From NCBI GenBank assembly GCA_900550445.1, contig URSF01000005.1, forward strand, positions 16,601-80,600: 64,000 bases of DNA, written 5' to 3'. The notes beneath the pieces are model-generated. The model was not told the origin of the DNA, did no database searches, and saw nothing but the letters and a program-made list of their open reading frames with translations. Of the stretch, positions 19,223-30,133 are shown one piece after another. Each line of letters starts with the position of its first letter. Position 1 is the first letter of the stretch. The stretch is from an uncultured Rhodospirillaceae bacterium (GTDB lineage Bacteria > Pseudomonadota > Alphaproteobacteria > CAAGCB01 > CAG-977). Made by a program: the position numbers and the translations under genes.

Positions 19223-20336
19223 TCTCCTTTAATAAAACTTCCCCGTTCCGGGCAACGCAGGACGCGCGGTAAATTTCATCGTCAAAGTCGATTTTCAGTT
19301 TAAGAGTTTCTTTATCAATCAGCGGTACAATAAAATTATACAGATTTTTGGCAAACAGAGGACTGGCCGAAGCGCTGAGTCTGGAGGCGGCGTTTGACTG
19401 CCCTAAAACCGTTATGCCGTAAAGGTTTTCCGTTTTTCCATAAAGTGTTCCGTAACAGTTTCCACCTTGTTCGGCGGCCAAGTCAAAAACGACGCTTCCT
19501 TCTTTCATGGATTGCAGCATGTCCCGTGTTATCAGAAGCGGAGCTTTTTTTCCGGGGATCAAGGCGGTCGTGATCACAATATCCGTTTTCGGCAATATAT
19601 CGGCCAGAGCTTTTTCCTGATTTTTTTTCGACTGTTCGTCAAGCTCTTTGGCGTAACCTCCGGTTGTTTCCGTTTGTTTGATTTGTTCGATTTCCAGAAA
19701 ATTCGCCCCCAGTGATTCGACCTGTTCTTTTACGGCGGGGCGGACGTCAAAAGCCGTGACGACGGCCCCCAGACGTTTGGCCGTTGCGATGGCTTGCAGA
19801 CCGGCGACGCCCGCACCCAAAACCAACACCTGCGCCGGCGAAATCATACCCGCCGCCGTCATCATCATCGGTACGGCGCGTTTGTAAGCGTCAACGGCGT
19901 CTATAACCGCTTTGTATCCGGCCAGATTGCTTTGGGACGACAAAACGTCCATGTTCTGCGCGCGTGAAATGCGAGGCAGCAGTTCCATTGCAAAACAGGT
20001 CAATTCAGCTTTTGCAACGGCTTTTAAAGTTTCGGAATCCGTCCGCGCGTTCATCAGGCAGACCAGACAGGCTCCTTTGGGCAGAGATTTAATTTCCTCT
20101 GCCGACGGCGGCTGTATTTTTAATATAACGTCCGCTTTTTCTGTTGTCGTATGAAAATCGGCGGCCGTTTCGGCGCCGGCCGTCAGAAATTGGTCGTCTG
20201 AAATGTCAGACGCGACCCCGGCGCCTGTCTGAACGACAACGGATATTCCTTCCCGTGTCAGTTTCTTTACTGTTTCGGGCGACGCGGCAACGCGAAATTC
20301 GCCGTCTGCGGATTCTTTGGGAATAGCAATTTTCAT
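19209..20336 (-). CDS. pntAA: NAD(P) transhydrogenase alpha subunit, part 1 (AlaDH/PNT domain)
   Basis: 'MKIAIPKE...E.RVA', '[22 protein letters not shown]' (Rossmann fold) and '[15 protein letters not shown]'. Confidence 0.93.
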   Translation of the reverse strand: MKIAIPKESADGEFRVAASPETVKKLTREGISVVVQTGAGVASDISDDQFLTAGAETAADFHTTTEKADVILKIQPPSAEEIKSLPKGACLVCLMNARTDSETLKAVAKAELTCFAMELLPRISRAQNMDVLSSQSNLAGYKAVIDAVDAYKRAVPMMMTAAGMISPAQVLVLGAGVAGLQAIATAKRLGAVVTAFDVRPAVKEQVESLGANFLEIEQIKQTETTGGYAKELDEQSKKNQEKALADILPKTDIVITTALIPGKKAPLLITRDMLQSMKEGSVVFDLAAEQGGNCYGTLYGKTENLYGITVLGQSNAASRLSASASPLFAKNLYNFIVPLIDKETLKLKIDFDDEIYRASCVARNGEVLLKENDDV

Positions 20337-20387
20337 AGAAGGCCGTCTCCTTTAACCGAATAACGAGGCGGTACTTCTGTACCTGAT

Positions 20388-21527
20388 TTATGCCGGAGAT
20401 TCTGCTACGGCAATATTATTTTGTCTTTCCTTGCTGGAACGCAGGGCATTAAACGCGCGCAGCAAAACCGAATCGATCGTTTCGTCCGTTTCCGCACGTG
20501 TGGCGATGCTGATGCTGGTCGTTACGGTGATTTTAACTTTGTCAACCATTAAATCGGACCGCATTACTTCGTCACGAATACGCTCGGCGACAATTTTAGC
20601 CCCTTCCAGCGGCGTTTCCGGCAGCAGTATCGCGAATTCAATATCCGCCAGTCTGCCCAGGTAATCAGAATCCCTGATCGAATTCTGACAGGCCGTAACG
20701 GCGACCCGGATCGCTTCGTCGCCAAAAGCCGATCCGTGTTCGCTGTTCAAAGCTTCAAACCGGTCGATCGTCATTAAAAGAACGGACAAATTCCGTTTAT
20801 AACGGCGGGCGCGTTTCATTTCTTTGGCGCCGTCGTCCAAAAACTGCCGTCTGTTCAATACGCCCGTTACGGGATCAATCACCGTCATTTGACGCAGTTC
20901 GTCTTCCATTTGTTTGCGCGGCGTAATGTCAAAACCGACGGACCGTATTTCCGCCGGCGTTCCGTCCGGGCCGTATACAATCCGGTTTGTCCATGAAATC
21001 CAAATTCTTCTGCCGTCTTTGCAGATATTTTCGTTTTCATTGTCAACGTACAGACGCGGATTGTTTTTAATGCGTTCCACCAGATTCGTTAACGTCTGGC
21101 CGTGAGAATCCTTTGTCGGGACGATTGTGCCGATAATATTTTTGCCGATCAGTTCGTTTTTGTCGTCATAACCGTAAAGTTCACAGGCGTAATCGTTAAC
21201 GGAAATGATGTTACCGTCTTTGTCCAGGCAAAGAAATAAGCTTTTAGTATTAGGGGAAGAATAAGGATCAAACTGGCGGTGTTTTTCTTTTTTCATGTCT
21301 TCCAGTTCTTTTTGCGCGGAAATCAAAGCGTTCTGCAATTCGACGACTTTGTTTTTCAAGGCGGCCTTTCGGGTGCGGCAGCAGGAAAAACGCCACAGCA
21401 GGTAAAGCAAAGATGCAAATAACGCAACGCATAAAATGACGGGCGCGGACGTCAGGTAAAACGGCTGATCAGCGGCCCCCGCGGGCAAAGGCAGCGTCTG
21501 GGCTGCAAAAACGGTTGATATCGGCAT
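20388..21527 (-). CDS. Membrane-anchored PAS plus degenerate GGDEF-domain protein
   Basis: N-terminal TM segment, coiled coil and PAS ('ISVNDYACELYGYDD'). GGDEF-domain 'DPVTGVLNRRQF'. The active-site motif reads 'ADIEF' instead of GG(D/E)EF. 'RDSD' (RxxD) lies five residues upstream. Confidence 0.8.
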   Translation of the reverse strand: MPISTVFAAQTLPLPAGAADQPFYLTSAPVILCVALFASLLYLLWRFSCCRTRKAALKNKVVELQNALISAQKELEDMKKEKHRQFDPYSSPNTKSLFLCLDKDGNIISVNDYACELYGYDDKNELIGKNIIGTIVPTKDSHGQTLTNLVERIKNNPRLYVDNENENICKDGRRIWISWTNRIVYGPDGTPAEIRSVGFDITPRKQMEDELRQMTVIDPVTGVLNRRQFLDDGAKEMKRARRYKRNLSVLLMTIDRFEALNSEHGSAFGDEAIRVAVTACQNSIRDSDYLGRLADIEFAILLPETPLEGAKIVAERIRDEVMRSDLMVDKVKITVTTSISIATRAETDETIDSVLLRAFNALRSSKERQNNIAVAESPA

Positions 21528-21748
21528 TCAACCCCCTTTCTTTTTTTATCTTATTGAATTTTATCATTTTTTATTTTGTTTCTGCAATCAGTTTTTAAAG
21601 AAAAAATATTTTAACAAAATCCTTAGAAGCGTACAGCTAAAAAGAGGTATTTCATTCTTATGTTAAAAGTTATATAAAGCAAAATGCGAAAAAAGATTGT
21701 ATATAAGCTGTGGATTAGGCTATCTTCAGCCGGGTTGGAGGAAAATTG

Positions 21749-23194
21749 ATGAGTCAGGATAAAGTTTCAGCTTTGGACGCCGTTTCGGATACATATCATT
21801 ATGGATTCGAAACAAAAATAGACGCGGAAACCGCGCCGAAAGGGCTGAATGAAGACATTATCCGCTTTATATCGGCCAAAAAAAACGAACCGGAATGGCT
21901 GCTGGATTTTCGGTTAAAGGCTTACCGTCACTGGCTGACGATGAAAGAACCGACCTGGGCAAAGGTATCTTATCCCCCGATTGATTATCAGGATATTTAT
22001 TATTATGCGGCGCCGAAAACTTCCGAAGGGCCTAAAAGTCTGGACGAAGTCGATCCGGAATTGTTGAAAACGTACGACAAGCTGGGGGTGCCGTTGCGCG
22101 AACGCGAAATTCTGGCCGGCGTTGCCGTCGACGCCGTTTTCGACAGCGTGTCCGTTGCGACGACTTTCCGCGACAAACTGGCGCGGCAGGGAATTATTTT
22201 CTGCTCTATTTCCGAAGCCGTCCAAAATCACCCCGATCTGGTTCAAAAATATCTGGGATCCGTCGTACCTTATACGGATAACTTTTTTGCCTGTTTGAAT
22301 TCGGCCGTTTTTACGGACGGGACTTTTGTTTATATTCCCAAAGGAATCCGCTGCCCGATGGAATTGTCGACCTATTTCCGGATTAATGCCAAAAAATCGG
22401 GGCAGTTTGAACGTACGATGATTATTGCGGACGATAATTCTTATGTCAGCTATCTGGAAGGGTGCACCGCTCCGCAGCGTGATGAAAATCAGCTGCATGC
22501 CGCGATTGTCGAAATTATCGTTATGGATAATGCCGAAGTCAAATATTCCACCGTTCAGAACTGGTATCCCGGCGACAAGGAAGGAAAAGGCGGCATTTAT
22601 AACTTTGTGACCAAGCGGGGATTGTGCAAAGGCGTTAACGCCAAGCTGTCTTGGACACAGGTTGAAACGGGATCGGCGGTGACATGGAAATATCCGTCGT
22701 GCGTTTTGATGGGTGACAATTCGGTCGGCGAATTTTATTCCGTAGCGATTACCAATAATTATCAACAGGCCGATACGGGAACAAAGATGATTCATATCGG
22801 CAAAAACACGTCGTCGACAATCATATCAAAAGGCATTTCTGCCGGAAAATCGCAAAATACTTACCGCGGTTTGGTAAAAATGGCTAAAAACGCCGATAAC
22901 GCGCGCAATTTTTCGCAGTGCGACAGTCTGCTGATCGGTTCTCGATGCGGGGCGCATACGTTGCCCTATATGCTCAGCGGCAATCCGACGGCTTCGGTCG
23001 AACATGAAGCGACAACCTCTAAAATCAGCGACGATCAGTTGTTTTACTGCCGTCAAAGAGGATTGAACGCCGAGGAGGCCGTTTCTTTGATCGTCAACGG
23101 ATTTTGCAAAGACGTCATGCAGAAACTGCCGATGGAATTTGCCGTCGAGGCAACGCGGCTGGTCGCTGTAACGCTGGAAGGCAGCGTCGGTTAA
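21749..23194 (+). CDS. sufB: Fe-S cluster assembly scaffold SufB
   Basis: Strongly SufB-like throughout, e.g. '[21 protein letters not shown]' and '[19 protein letters not shown]'. Confidence 0.96.
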   Translation: MSQDKVSALDAVSDTYHYGFETKIDAETAPKGLNEDIIRFISAKKNEPEWLLDFRLKAYRHWLTMKEPTWAKVSYPPIDYQDIYYYAAPKTSEGPKSLDEVDPELLKTYDKLGVPLREREILAGVAVDAVFDSVSVATTFRDKLARQGIIFCSISEAVQNHPDLVQKYLGSVVPYTDNFFACLNSAVFTDGTFVYIPKGIRCPMELSTYFRINAKKSGQFERTMIIADDNSYVSYLEGCTAPQRDENQLHAAIVEIIVMDNAEVKYSTVQNWYPGDKEGKGGIYNFVTKRGLCKGVNAKLSWTQVETGSAVTWKYPSCVLMGDNSVGEFYSVAITNNYQQADTGTKMIHIGKNTSSTIISKGISAGKSQNTYRGLVKMAKNADNARNFSQCDSLLIGSRCGAHTLPYMLSGNPTASVEHEATTSKISDDQLFYCRQRGLNAEEAVSLIVNGFCKDVMQKLPMEFAVEATRLVAVTLEGSVG

Positions 23195-23210
23195 ACGAAG
23201 GAGAAAAACA

Positions 23211-23975
23211 ATGTCAGCTTGGCTGGAAATAAAAGACCTGCATGTCAAAGTCGGCGATAAGCCGATTTTAAACGGCCTTTCCTTGTCCGTAAATGCCGGA
23301 GAAGTACACGTTATCATGGGACCGAACGGTTCGGGAAAAAGCACTTTGTCAAACGTTTTGTGCGGTAATCCACATTATGAAGTGACCGGCGGTTTTGTGG
23401 ATTTTAAAGGAAAAAATCTGCTGGATATGAGTGTGGAAGAACGGGCCTGTGCCGGTATTTTTCTGGCTTTTCAGCACCCGATAGAACTGCCGGGCGTTTC
23501 CATGGCGACGTTTATGAAATATGCTTTGAACGCGCGGCGCAAAGCCGCCGGGGAAAAAGAGCTGGACGCCGTCGGGTTTATGAAGCGGATCAAAGTGCGC
23601 GCTCAGGCTTTGGGAATATCGGACGAAATGTTAAAACGTCCCGTCAACGTCGGATTTTCCGGCGGCGAAAAAAAACGTCTGGAAACGTTTCAAATGGCCG
23701 TTCTGGAACCTGATTTTTGCATTTTGGACGAAATGGATTCCGGATTGGACGTCGACGCCGTCAAGGTCGCGGGCAGCGGTGTGAAAATCATGCGTTCTCC
23801 GGAACGGTCGTTTTTGGTGATTTCCCATAATATCAAATTTCTGAAAGAACAGATTATGCCGGATAAAATCCATATTTTGATTCACGGACGCGTTGCGGCC
23901 GAAGGCGGTATGGAACTGCTGGACGAAATCGATCAAAACGGATTTGCCGGTTTTCAAAAAGAGGCCGTGGCGTAA
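23211..23975 (+). CDS. sufC: Fe-S cluster assembly ATPase SufC
   Basis: Walker A 'GPNGSGKST', ABC signature 'FSGGEKKR' and Walker B 'ILDEMDSGLD'. Confidence 0.96.
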   Translation: MSAWLEIKDLHVKVGDKPILNGLSLSVNAGEVHVIMGPNGSGKSTLSNVLCGNPHYEVTGGFVDFKGKNLLDMSVEERACAGIFLAFQHPIELPGVSMATFMKYALNARRKAAGEKELDAVGFMKRIKVRAQALGISDEMLKRPVNVGFSGGEKKRLETFQMAVLEPDFCILDEMDSGLDVDAVKVAGSGVKIMRSPERSFLVISHNIKFLKEQIMPDKIHILIHGRVAAEGGMELLDEIDQNGFAGFQKEAVA

Positions 23976-24703
23976 TGGCGGAAATTCTTTTAAAACAGCG
24001 GCTGCTGACCATTGAACCCGGCCGAACGGCGGTATTCGTCGAAAAGCAGCTGTCGGAAAAAACAGAGATTGTCGTGGGCAAAGGGGCGCATGTCCGCCAT
24101 TACAGACTGCATGAAGATTTGGATCATTTTTTGGACGTGCGGCTGGAGGAAGGCGCTTCTTATGAAGTCATTACGCTGCACAGAGGAAACGGAGATCTGA
24201 CTTTTTCTTTTGATCTGATGGGAACAAATGCTTTTTGCCGCAGCGACGTCGTTTATGTTTTAACGGCGGATCAGCGTTCGGTTATCCGGTCGGACGTGCG
24301 CCACAATGCAGACAAAACCGTTTCGCGCCAGCTGGTAAAAGGCGCTGTCGGCGGACAAGGTCGGGCCGTGTTTGAAGGCGGTATTTTTATTCCCTATGAG
24401 CGCAAAGAAATTGACGGCGCCCAGCAGCATCGCGCGCTGTTGCTCAGTTCCGATGCTTCGGTCAAAGCCGTGCCGCAGCTGGAAATTTATGCCGATGACG
24501 TGAAATGCGCCCACGGTTCGGCGATCGGAACGCTTAATCAAGATCAGCTGTTTTATTTGAAAACCAGAGGAATTGACGACGCGCAAGCGCGGAATTTGCT
24601 GACGACGGCTTTTTTAAACGAAGTACTGGACGGCATTGAAGACGAAAATATCCGCGACGAATTTAAACGGCTGGCGGTTGAAGGGTTGAACGATGGCGTT
24701 TGA
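23975..24703 (+). CDS. sufD: Fe-S cluster assembly protein SufD (short, 242 aa)
   Basis: C-terminal SufBD beta-helix region: 'PQLEIYADDVKCAHGSAIGTLNQDQLFYLKTRGI'. Confidence 0.8.
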   Translation: MAEILLKQRLLTIEPGRTAVFVEKQLSEKTEIVVGKGAHVRHYRLHEDLDHFLDVRLEEGASYEVITLHRGNGDLTFSFDLMGTNAFCRSDVVYVLTADQRSVIRSDVRHNADKTVSRQLVKGAVGGQGRAVFEGGIFIPYERKEIDGAQQHRALLLSSDASVKAVPQLEIYADDVKCAHGSAIGTLNQDQLFYLKTRGIDDAQARNLLTTAFLNEVLDGIEDENIRDEFKRLAVEGLNDGV

Positions 24704-25913
24704 TGTTGAAAAAATCAGGGCGGATTTTCCCGCTTTGTCTTTGACGGTGCATGACAAGCCGCTGATTTTTCTGGACAGCGCGGCGTCGGCGCAAAAGCCT
24801 TTATGCGTTTTAGACGCCATGCGGGCGCAGTATTTGAACGAATATGCGAACGTTCACCGCGGCATGTATGAATTGTCGGAAAAGGCTACGCTGAATTTTG
24901 AAAGGGCCCGGCAGAAAGTACGGCGTTTTATCAATGCCGCCGGCGATAAGGAAATTGTATTTACCCGCGGTGCGACGGATTCGATTAATCTGGTCGCCTA
25001 TACCTGGGGAGCGGCAAATTTAAAAGCCGGCGACGAGATCATTTTGTCGCAGGCAGAGCATCATTCCAATATTGTTCCCTGGCAGATTTTGCAGGAACGG
25101 ATCGGATTCCGGATAAAAGTCGTTCCCGTTGACGACAAGGGCGATTTTATATTTGAAGAGTATCTGAAACTGTTAAGCGGCAAGACGAAATTAGTTTCCG
25201 TAGCGCATGTTTCCAATGTTTTGGGAACGGTTTTCCCGGTTAAAGATATTATTCGCGCCGCGCACGGGGCCGGAGCCGTTGTTTTGCTTGACGGTTGTCA
25301 GGCGGCGACGCACATGCCCGTTGACGTGCAGGATCTGGAATGTGATTTTTATGCTTTTTCCGGGCATAAACTTTACGGGCCGACGGGGATCGGCGTTTTA
25401 TACGGAAAACTGAATATTTTAAAGGAAATGCCCCCGTTTGAAGGCGGCGGCGATATGATCAAAAGCGTTTCTTTTGAAAAAAGCGTCTGGGCCGAACCGC
25501 CGGCGCGGTTTGAAGCCGGAACGCCGGCCATTATGCAGGCGGTCGGGCTGGGACATGCGATTGATTATGTCAGTGCAATCGGCATGGACGCGATTGACGC
25601 GCATGAACGCCAATTATGCGCCGAAATGCAAAAAGAAGTCGGCGCGATTCCCGGCGTCAGGATTATCGGTAATTCCGATAACAAGGCCGCCGTCGTCAGC
25701 TTTGTCGCCGATTTCGCGCACCCGCAGGATATAGCCATGGTGCTGGATCAGGAAGGGGTCGCCGTGCGGACGGGGCATCATTGCGCGCAACCGCTGCACG
25801 AACGTTTCGGCGTTTCCGTTTCTGTCAGGGCGTCGCTGGGAGTTTATAACACTGAAAGCGATATTGAGAGTTTCATTCGGGCACTCCATAAAGTTAAGCG
25901 GTTCTTCACTTAA
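24693..25913 (+). CDS. sufS: Cysteine desulfurase SufS (class V aminotransferase)
   Basis: 'NVHRG', 'FSGHKLYGPTGIGVLYG' (PLP Lys) and 'RTGHHCAQPL' (catalytic Cys loop). Confidence 0.93.
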   Translation: MAFDVEKIRADFPALSLTVHDKPLIFLDSAASAQKPLCVLDAMRAQYLNEYANVHRGMYELSEKATLNFERARQKVRRFINAAGDKEIVFTRGATDSINLVAYTWGAANLKAGDEIILSQAEHHSNIVPWQILQERIGFRIKVVPVDDKGDFIFEEYLKLLSGKTKLVSVAHVSNVLGTVFPVKDIIRAAHGAGAVVLLDGCQAATHMPVDVQDLECDFYAFSGHKLYGPTGIGVLYGKLNILKEMPPFEGGGDMIKSVSFEKSVWAEPPARFEAGTPAIMQAVGLGHAIDYVSAIGMDAIDAHERQLCAEMQKEVGAIPGVRIIGNSDNKAAVVSFVADFAHPQDIAMVLDQEGVAVRTGHHCAQPLHERFGVSVSVRASLGVYNTESDIESFIRALHKVKRFFT

Positions 25914-25939
25914 CTTTAATTACAAAAGGAGTTGATAAT

Positions 25940-26125
25940 ATGATGAATGAAAAAAAAGGTTGCGGCTGCGGTTCAAAGTCCGCTGACAAAACAATGGATC
26001 ATTCCGCGGATACGACGGATCGCGTCGGGCCGACGCAAAGCGGCGAAAAGATCGGCATGTCTGAAAAGGACATGAACGAAATGAAAAATGAAACGAAAGG
26101 CTACAAAGCCGCTGCGAAAAAATAA
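25940..26125 (+). CDS. Small hydrophilic protein with an N-terminal CGCG motif (61 aa)
   Basis: RBS AAAGGAG. 'MMNEKKGCGCGS...'. It sits inside the suf operon. I recognise no family. Confidence 0.35.
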   Translation: MMNEKKGCGCGSKSADKTMDHSADTTDRVGPTQSGEKIGMSEKDMNEMKNETKGYKAAAKK

Positions 26126-26217
26126 TTTTCTTTTCCCGGAATTTTCTCCGTAAAGATAAAGATTGAAAATCAGTAAAAAGCGTTGCATAAAGTTTTTTAA
26201 ACGTTCTTTGTGGAGAA

Positions 26218-26871
26218 ATGGGAATGGAAGAAAAAAAGCTTTCGGATCAAAAAGGACAGACAGCCTCTGAGGAATCGGAGGCTGTTAAAAATTTACCGCC
26301 GGCCGTTGTCGAAGACGAACTGAAAAAATTAACTCATTTTACCGGCACTCTTGAAATTCCTCTGCCGGCTCCAATCTCCGCGCCTCAGGATCAAAAAAGC
26401 GCGGAAAACAATGATTTTTCCACACCTGAAACAGACGGGCTGTCCGCCGAGGATTTTAAGGATTTTGAAAGTCTGCTGTGGGGCGGAAACATGCCCGACG
26501 CGCCGATGATAAATTTCGGCGACGAATATGTCGTTACGCAGGGCGATCCTTTGCCGGCGGGGGCAAAGCAGGCGGCTGTCGATGAGATCGTCGCGGCCAT
26601 ACGCACCGTAGAAGATCCTGAATTGATGTTAAACGTTTATGATTTGGGGCTGATTTACCGACTGGACAAGCTGGCGGACGGGGACGTCGAAATCGATATG
26701 ACCGTAACGGCGCCGTCCTGTCCCGTTGCGGGATTGATGCCGAAACAAGTCGCTGAAGCCGTTTCAAAACTGGACGGAACGGGAAAAGTGACGGTCAGGC
26801 TGGTCTGGGAACCGGCTTGGACGATTGATAAAATGAGTGATGACGCTAAATATGTTTTAAATATGTTTTAA
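26218..26871 (+). CDS. sufT: SufT/DUF59 (MIP18-family) Fe-S assembly protein with a ~110-aa acidic N-terminal extension
   Basis: C-terminal 'VEDPELMLNVYDLGLIY...DMTVTAPSCPVAG...VWEPAWT'. Confidence 0.72.
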   Translation: MGMEEKKLSDQKGQTASEESEAVKNLPPAVVEDELKKLTHFTGTLEIPLPAPISAPQDQKSAENNDFSTPETDGLSAEDFKDFESLLWGGNMPDAPMINFGDEYVVTQGDPLPAGAKQAAVDEIVAAIRTVEDPELMLNVYDLGLIYRLDKLADGDVEIDMTVTAPSCPVAGLMPKQVAEAVSKLDGTGKVTVRLVWEPAWTIDKMSDDAKYVLNMF

Positions 26872-26919
26872 AATAGATTATCCTGTTATAATCATCTCTA
26901 TCAATCGGTTCGGCTTAAT

Positions 26920-28419
26920 ATGAAAAAAGTACTTTCTCTTATTCTGATTCTTTCTTTTTCTTTTCTGGCTGCCTGCGAAGAAAAAGAAAGAACCATTCCG
27001 TTTGACCGGTATAATATTGTTAAAAAACAAATTATTATCGAAAACAGTACGGAAGGTTCCGCTCTGCTGTCCGTCAGGGAAAAACGGGTCGCACGTTTGT
27101 TCAGACAATATATGCGGGAGTATATTAATAAACATCGCAGTTCTACGCAGCTTTTTTCCAAATTAAAGCCGGATATAACAAAATCGGATTTGTTTCAGAT
27201 GATCCGTAAAATGCCTAAAGGCGCCAATCTGCATGTTCATGCGCCGGTTATTTTGCCCGCGGAAAAATTATACGATCTGGCCGCCGAAACAAAAAACACT
27301 TATGTTTATTGGAAAAAAGGCAAAAAACAGGGGAAGTTGCAAATATTTGATCCCGCGGAAGTCCCGGACGGTTTCATACCGTTTAATCAGGCAAAAAGCA
27401 AAGGTTTGACCAAGGAAAAACTGCTGTCGTTGTGGCATTTGCATTCTCCGGATTATTCCTGGTTTCAGCTGCGCGATATTTATTACAGGCTGACGTCGTT
27501 TATTAACGCCAATCCCGACGTTTATAAAGCTTATTATAAAGCTGTTTTTCAGGACGCGGCGGACGATAACATCGATCATATGGAAATACGTATGAATTTC
27601 CCGCTGTTCAAAGACAAAGCCAGCAAAAAAACGCCGGGCGCGCCGGTGTTCAAAGAAGCTTATCTGGAATTCAAAAAGGATCACCCCGATTTTTCCGTAA
27701 AGGTGATTTATACCGTCGCAAAAAGAAAACATAAATACAACGAAAGAATATTGCGGGCTTATCATGAAATGCTGGAAATAAAGAAACAAACAGCAGATTA
27801 TTCGGATCCTGAAAACCCCGTTGATTTTATTGTCGGATTTGATTTGGCGGGAAACGAAGACAATTCTTTGTCCCTGACAAAATTCGTGCCCGATTTTGAA
27901 GTGCTGTATAATCAGGGACATCTGCGCGATTTATATTTGCACGCAGGCGAAAGCCGCCTGCCTCTTTCCAGCAATATTGTTGACGCTTATCTGCTGAAAT
28001 CCAGACGGGTCGGGCACGGACTGAACCTGTATCGTTATCCGCAATTGACAGATAAATTCGCCGAAGAAAAAATACCGTTGGAAATTGCGCCGATCAGTAA
28101 CCAGATGTTGGGATTTGTCCGTGATTTCAGGCTGCACCCCGCTGTTGAATACATGCGTCGCGGTATCCCCATTGTGCTGGGGTCTGACGATCCGATGCTG
28201 TTCGGCAATGACGGATTGTCCTATGATTTTTTTGTCGCGGCCGTGTTCTGGAATTTATCGCTGGGCGATATTAAACAGCTGTGCCTGAATTCAATTCAGT
28301 ACAGCGCCCTTTCTGACGCAGAAAAAACGGTATTGCTGAATCAATGGATTACAAAATGGGATCAGTTCATTGATCAGGCGGTAAAGACAGATAATCCGAA
28401 CCATAAAAAAGTTAATTGA
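26920..28419 (+). CDS. Secreted or lipoprotein adenosine deaminase of the ADA2/ADGF (CECR1) type
   Basis: Lipobox 'SFLAAC'. Deaminase motifs 'ANLHVHAP', 'GFDLAGNE', 'LHAGES', 'RVGHGLN' and 'LGSDDP'. Confidence 0.78.
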   Translation: MKKVLSLILILSFSFLAACEEKERTIPFDRYNIVKKQIIIENSTEGSALLSVREKRVARLFRQYMREYINKHRSSTQLFSKLKPDITKSDLFQMIRKMPKGANLHVHAPVILPAEKLYDLAAETKNTYVYWKKGKKQGKLQIFDPAEVPDGFIPFNQAKSKGLTKEKLLSLWHLHSPDYSWFQLRDIYYRLTSFINANPDVYKAYYKAVFQDAADDNIDHMEIRMNFPLFKDKASKKTPGAPVFKEAYLEFKKDHPDFSVKVIYTVAKRKHKYNERILRAYHEMLEIKKQTADYSDPENPVDFIVGFDLAGNEDNSLSLTKFVPDFEVLYNQGHLRDLYLHAGESRLPLSSNIVDAYLLKSRRVGHGLNLYRYPQLTDKFAEEKIPLEIAPISNQMLGFVRDFRLHPAVEYMRRGIPIVLGSDDPMLFGNDGLSYDFFVAAVFWNLSLGDIKQLCLNSIQYSALSDAEKTVLLNQWITKWDQFIDQAVKTDNPNHKKVN

Positions 28420-28849
28420 TCTGATTGATCCAGTCCAAGTCGTCGTCTGATTTTAATTCATGCGGCACTTTGACGTATTTGCTTTCCAGATAATCAATCA
28501 TTAACGGGCTGAGGCATTCTATACCGGCAAAAATCATGCTGCGGTTAAAGTCTTTGCTGAGAAAATATTCAACAATTTCCCATTTGTCCCGGTCAATCGC
28601 CAAAGAAACGGCATTGCGTCCGTTCGTAACGATCTCGGACGGATCGGCTCCGTTTTCCATCAGGTATTTTACTGCCGGCAGATGATCGGCTTCAACGGCA
28701 ATAAACAATAAAACGGCCGGATCGGCTCCGTCCTTTAAAAGATCATTAATTACCGCCGACAGTTCCTGCTGCGCGGCGTTTTGATTTTGAATCAGTTCTT
28801 TGAATTTCTGTTGTAAAGACATTTTTTTCGTTCCGCAATAATTTCGCAA
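28412..28849 (-). CDS. Ankyrin-repeat protein (145 aa)
   Basis: 'LLKDGADPAVLLFIAVEADHLPAVKYLMENGADPSEIVTNGRNAVSLAI'. Its 3' end overlaps the ADA2-like gene by 8 nt in convergent orientation. Confidence 0.72.
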   Translation of the reverse strand: MRNYCGTKKMSLQQKFKELIQNQNAAQQELSAVINDLLKDGADPAVLLFIAVEADHLPAVKYLMENGADPSEIVTNGRNAVSLAIDRDKWEIVEYFLSKDFNRSMIFAGIECLSPLMIDYLESKYVKVPHELKSDDDLDWINQIN

Positions 28850-28913
28850 GGCAGGTTAATACACCGCGCCCCGTATGTCATTAAAAAAATAGTTTTTCCG
28901 AAAAGGCGAAACA

Positions 28914-28940
28914 AATAAAAAACCCGCCGAAGCGGGCTTT
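28914..28940 (-). terminator. Rho-independent terminator downstream of ccrM
   Basis: CCCGC-cgaa-GCGGG, with a T-run on the minus strand. Confidence 0.75.
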
Positions 28941-28953
28941 CTATTTATAAACG

Positions 28954-30111
<1,158 letters not shown>

Positions 30112-30133
30112 TTATTAACAACGAAAATTTTTT

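Noticed and set aside
21914-22795. A 293-aa antisense ORF inside sufB. Similar long antisense ORFs occur in the TolC-like gene (15809..16411), argS (4075..4599), nagZ (5755..6396), rsh (49815..50372) and nifJ (34236..35039, 35244..35798).
   Set aside because: All are nested in confidently identified genes on the opposite strand, and their translations are repetitive and low-complexity. I treated them as shadow ORFs.
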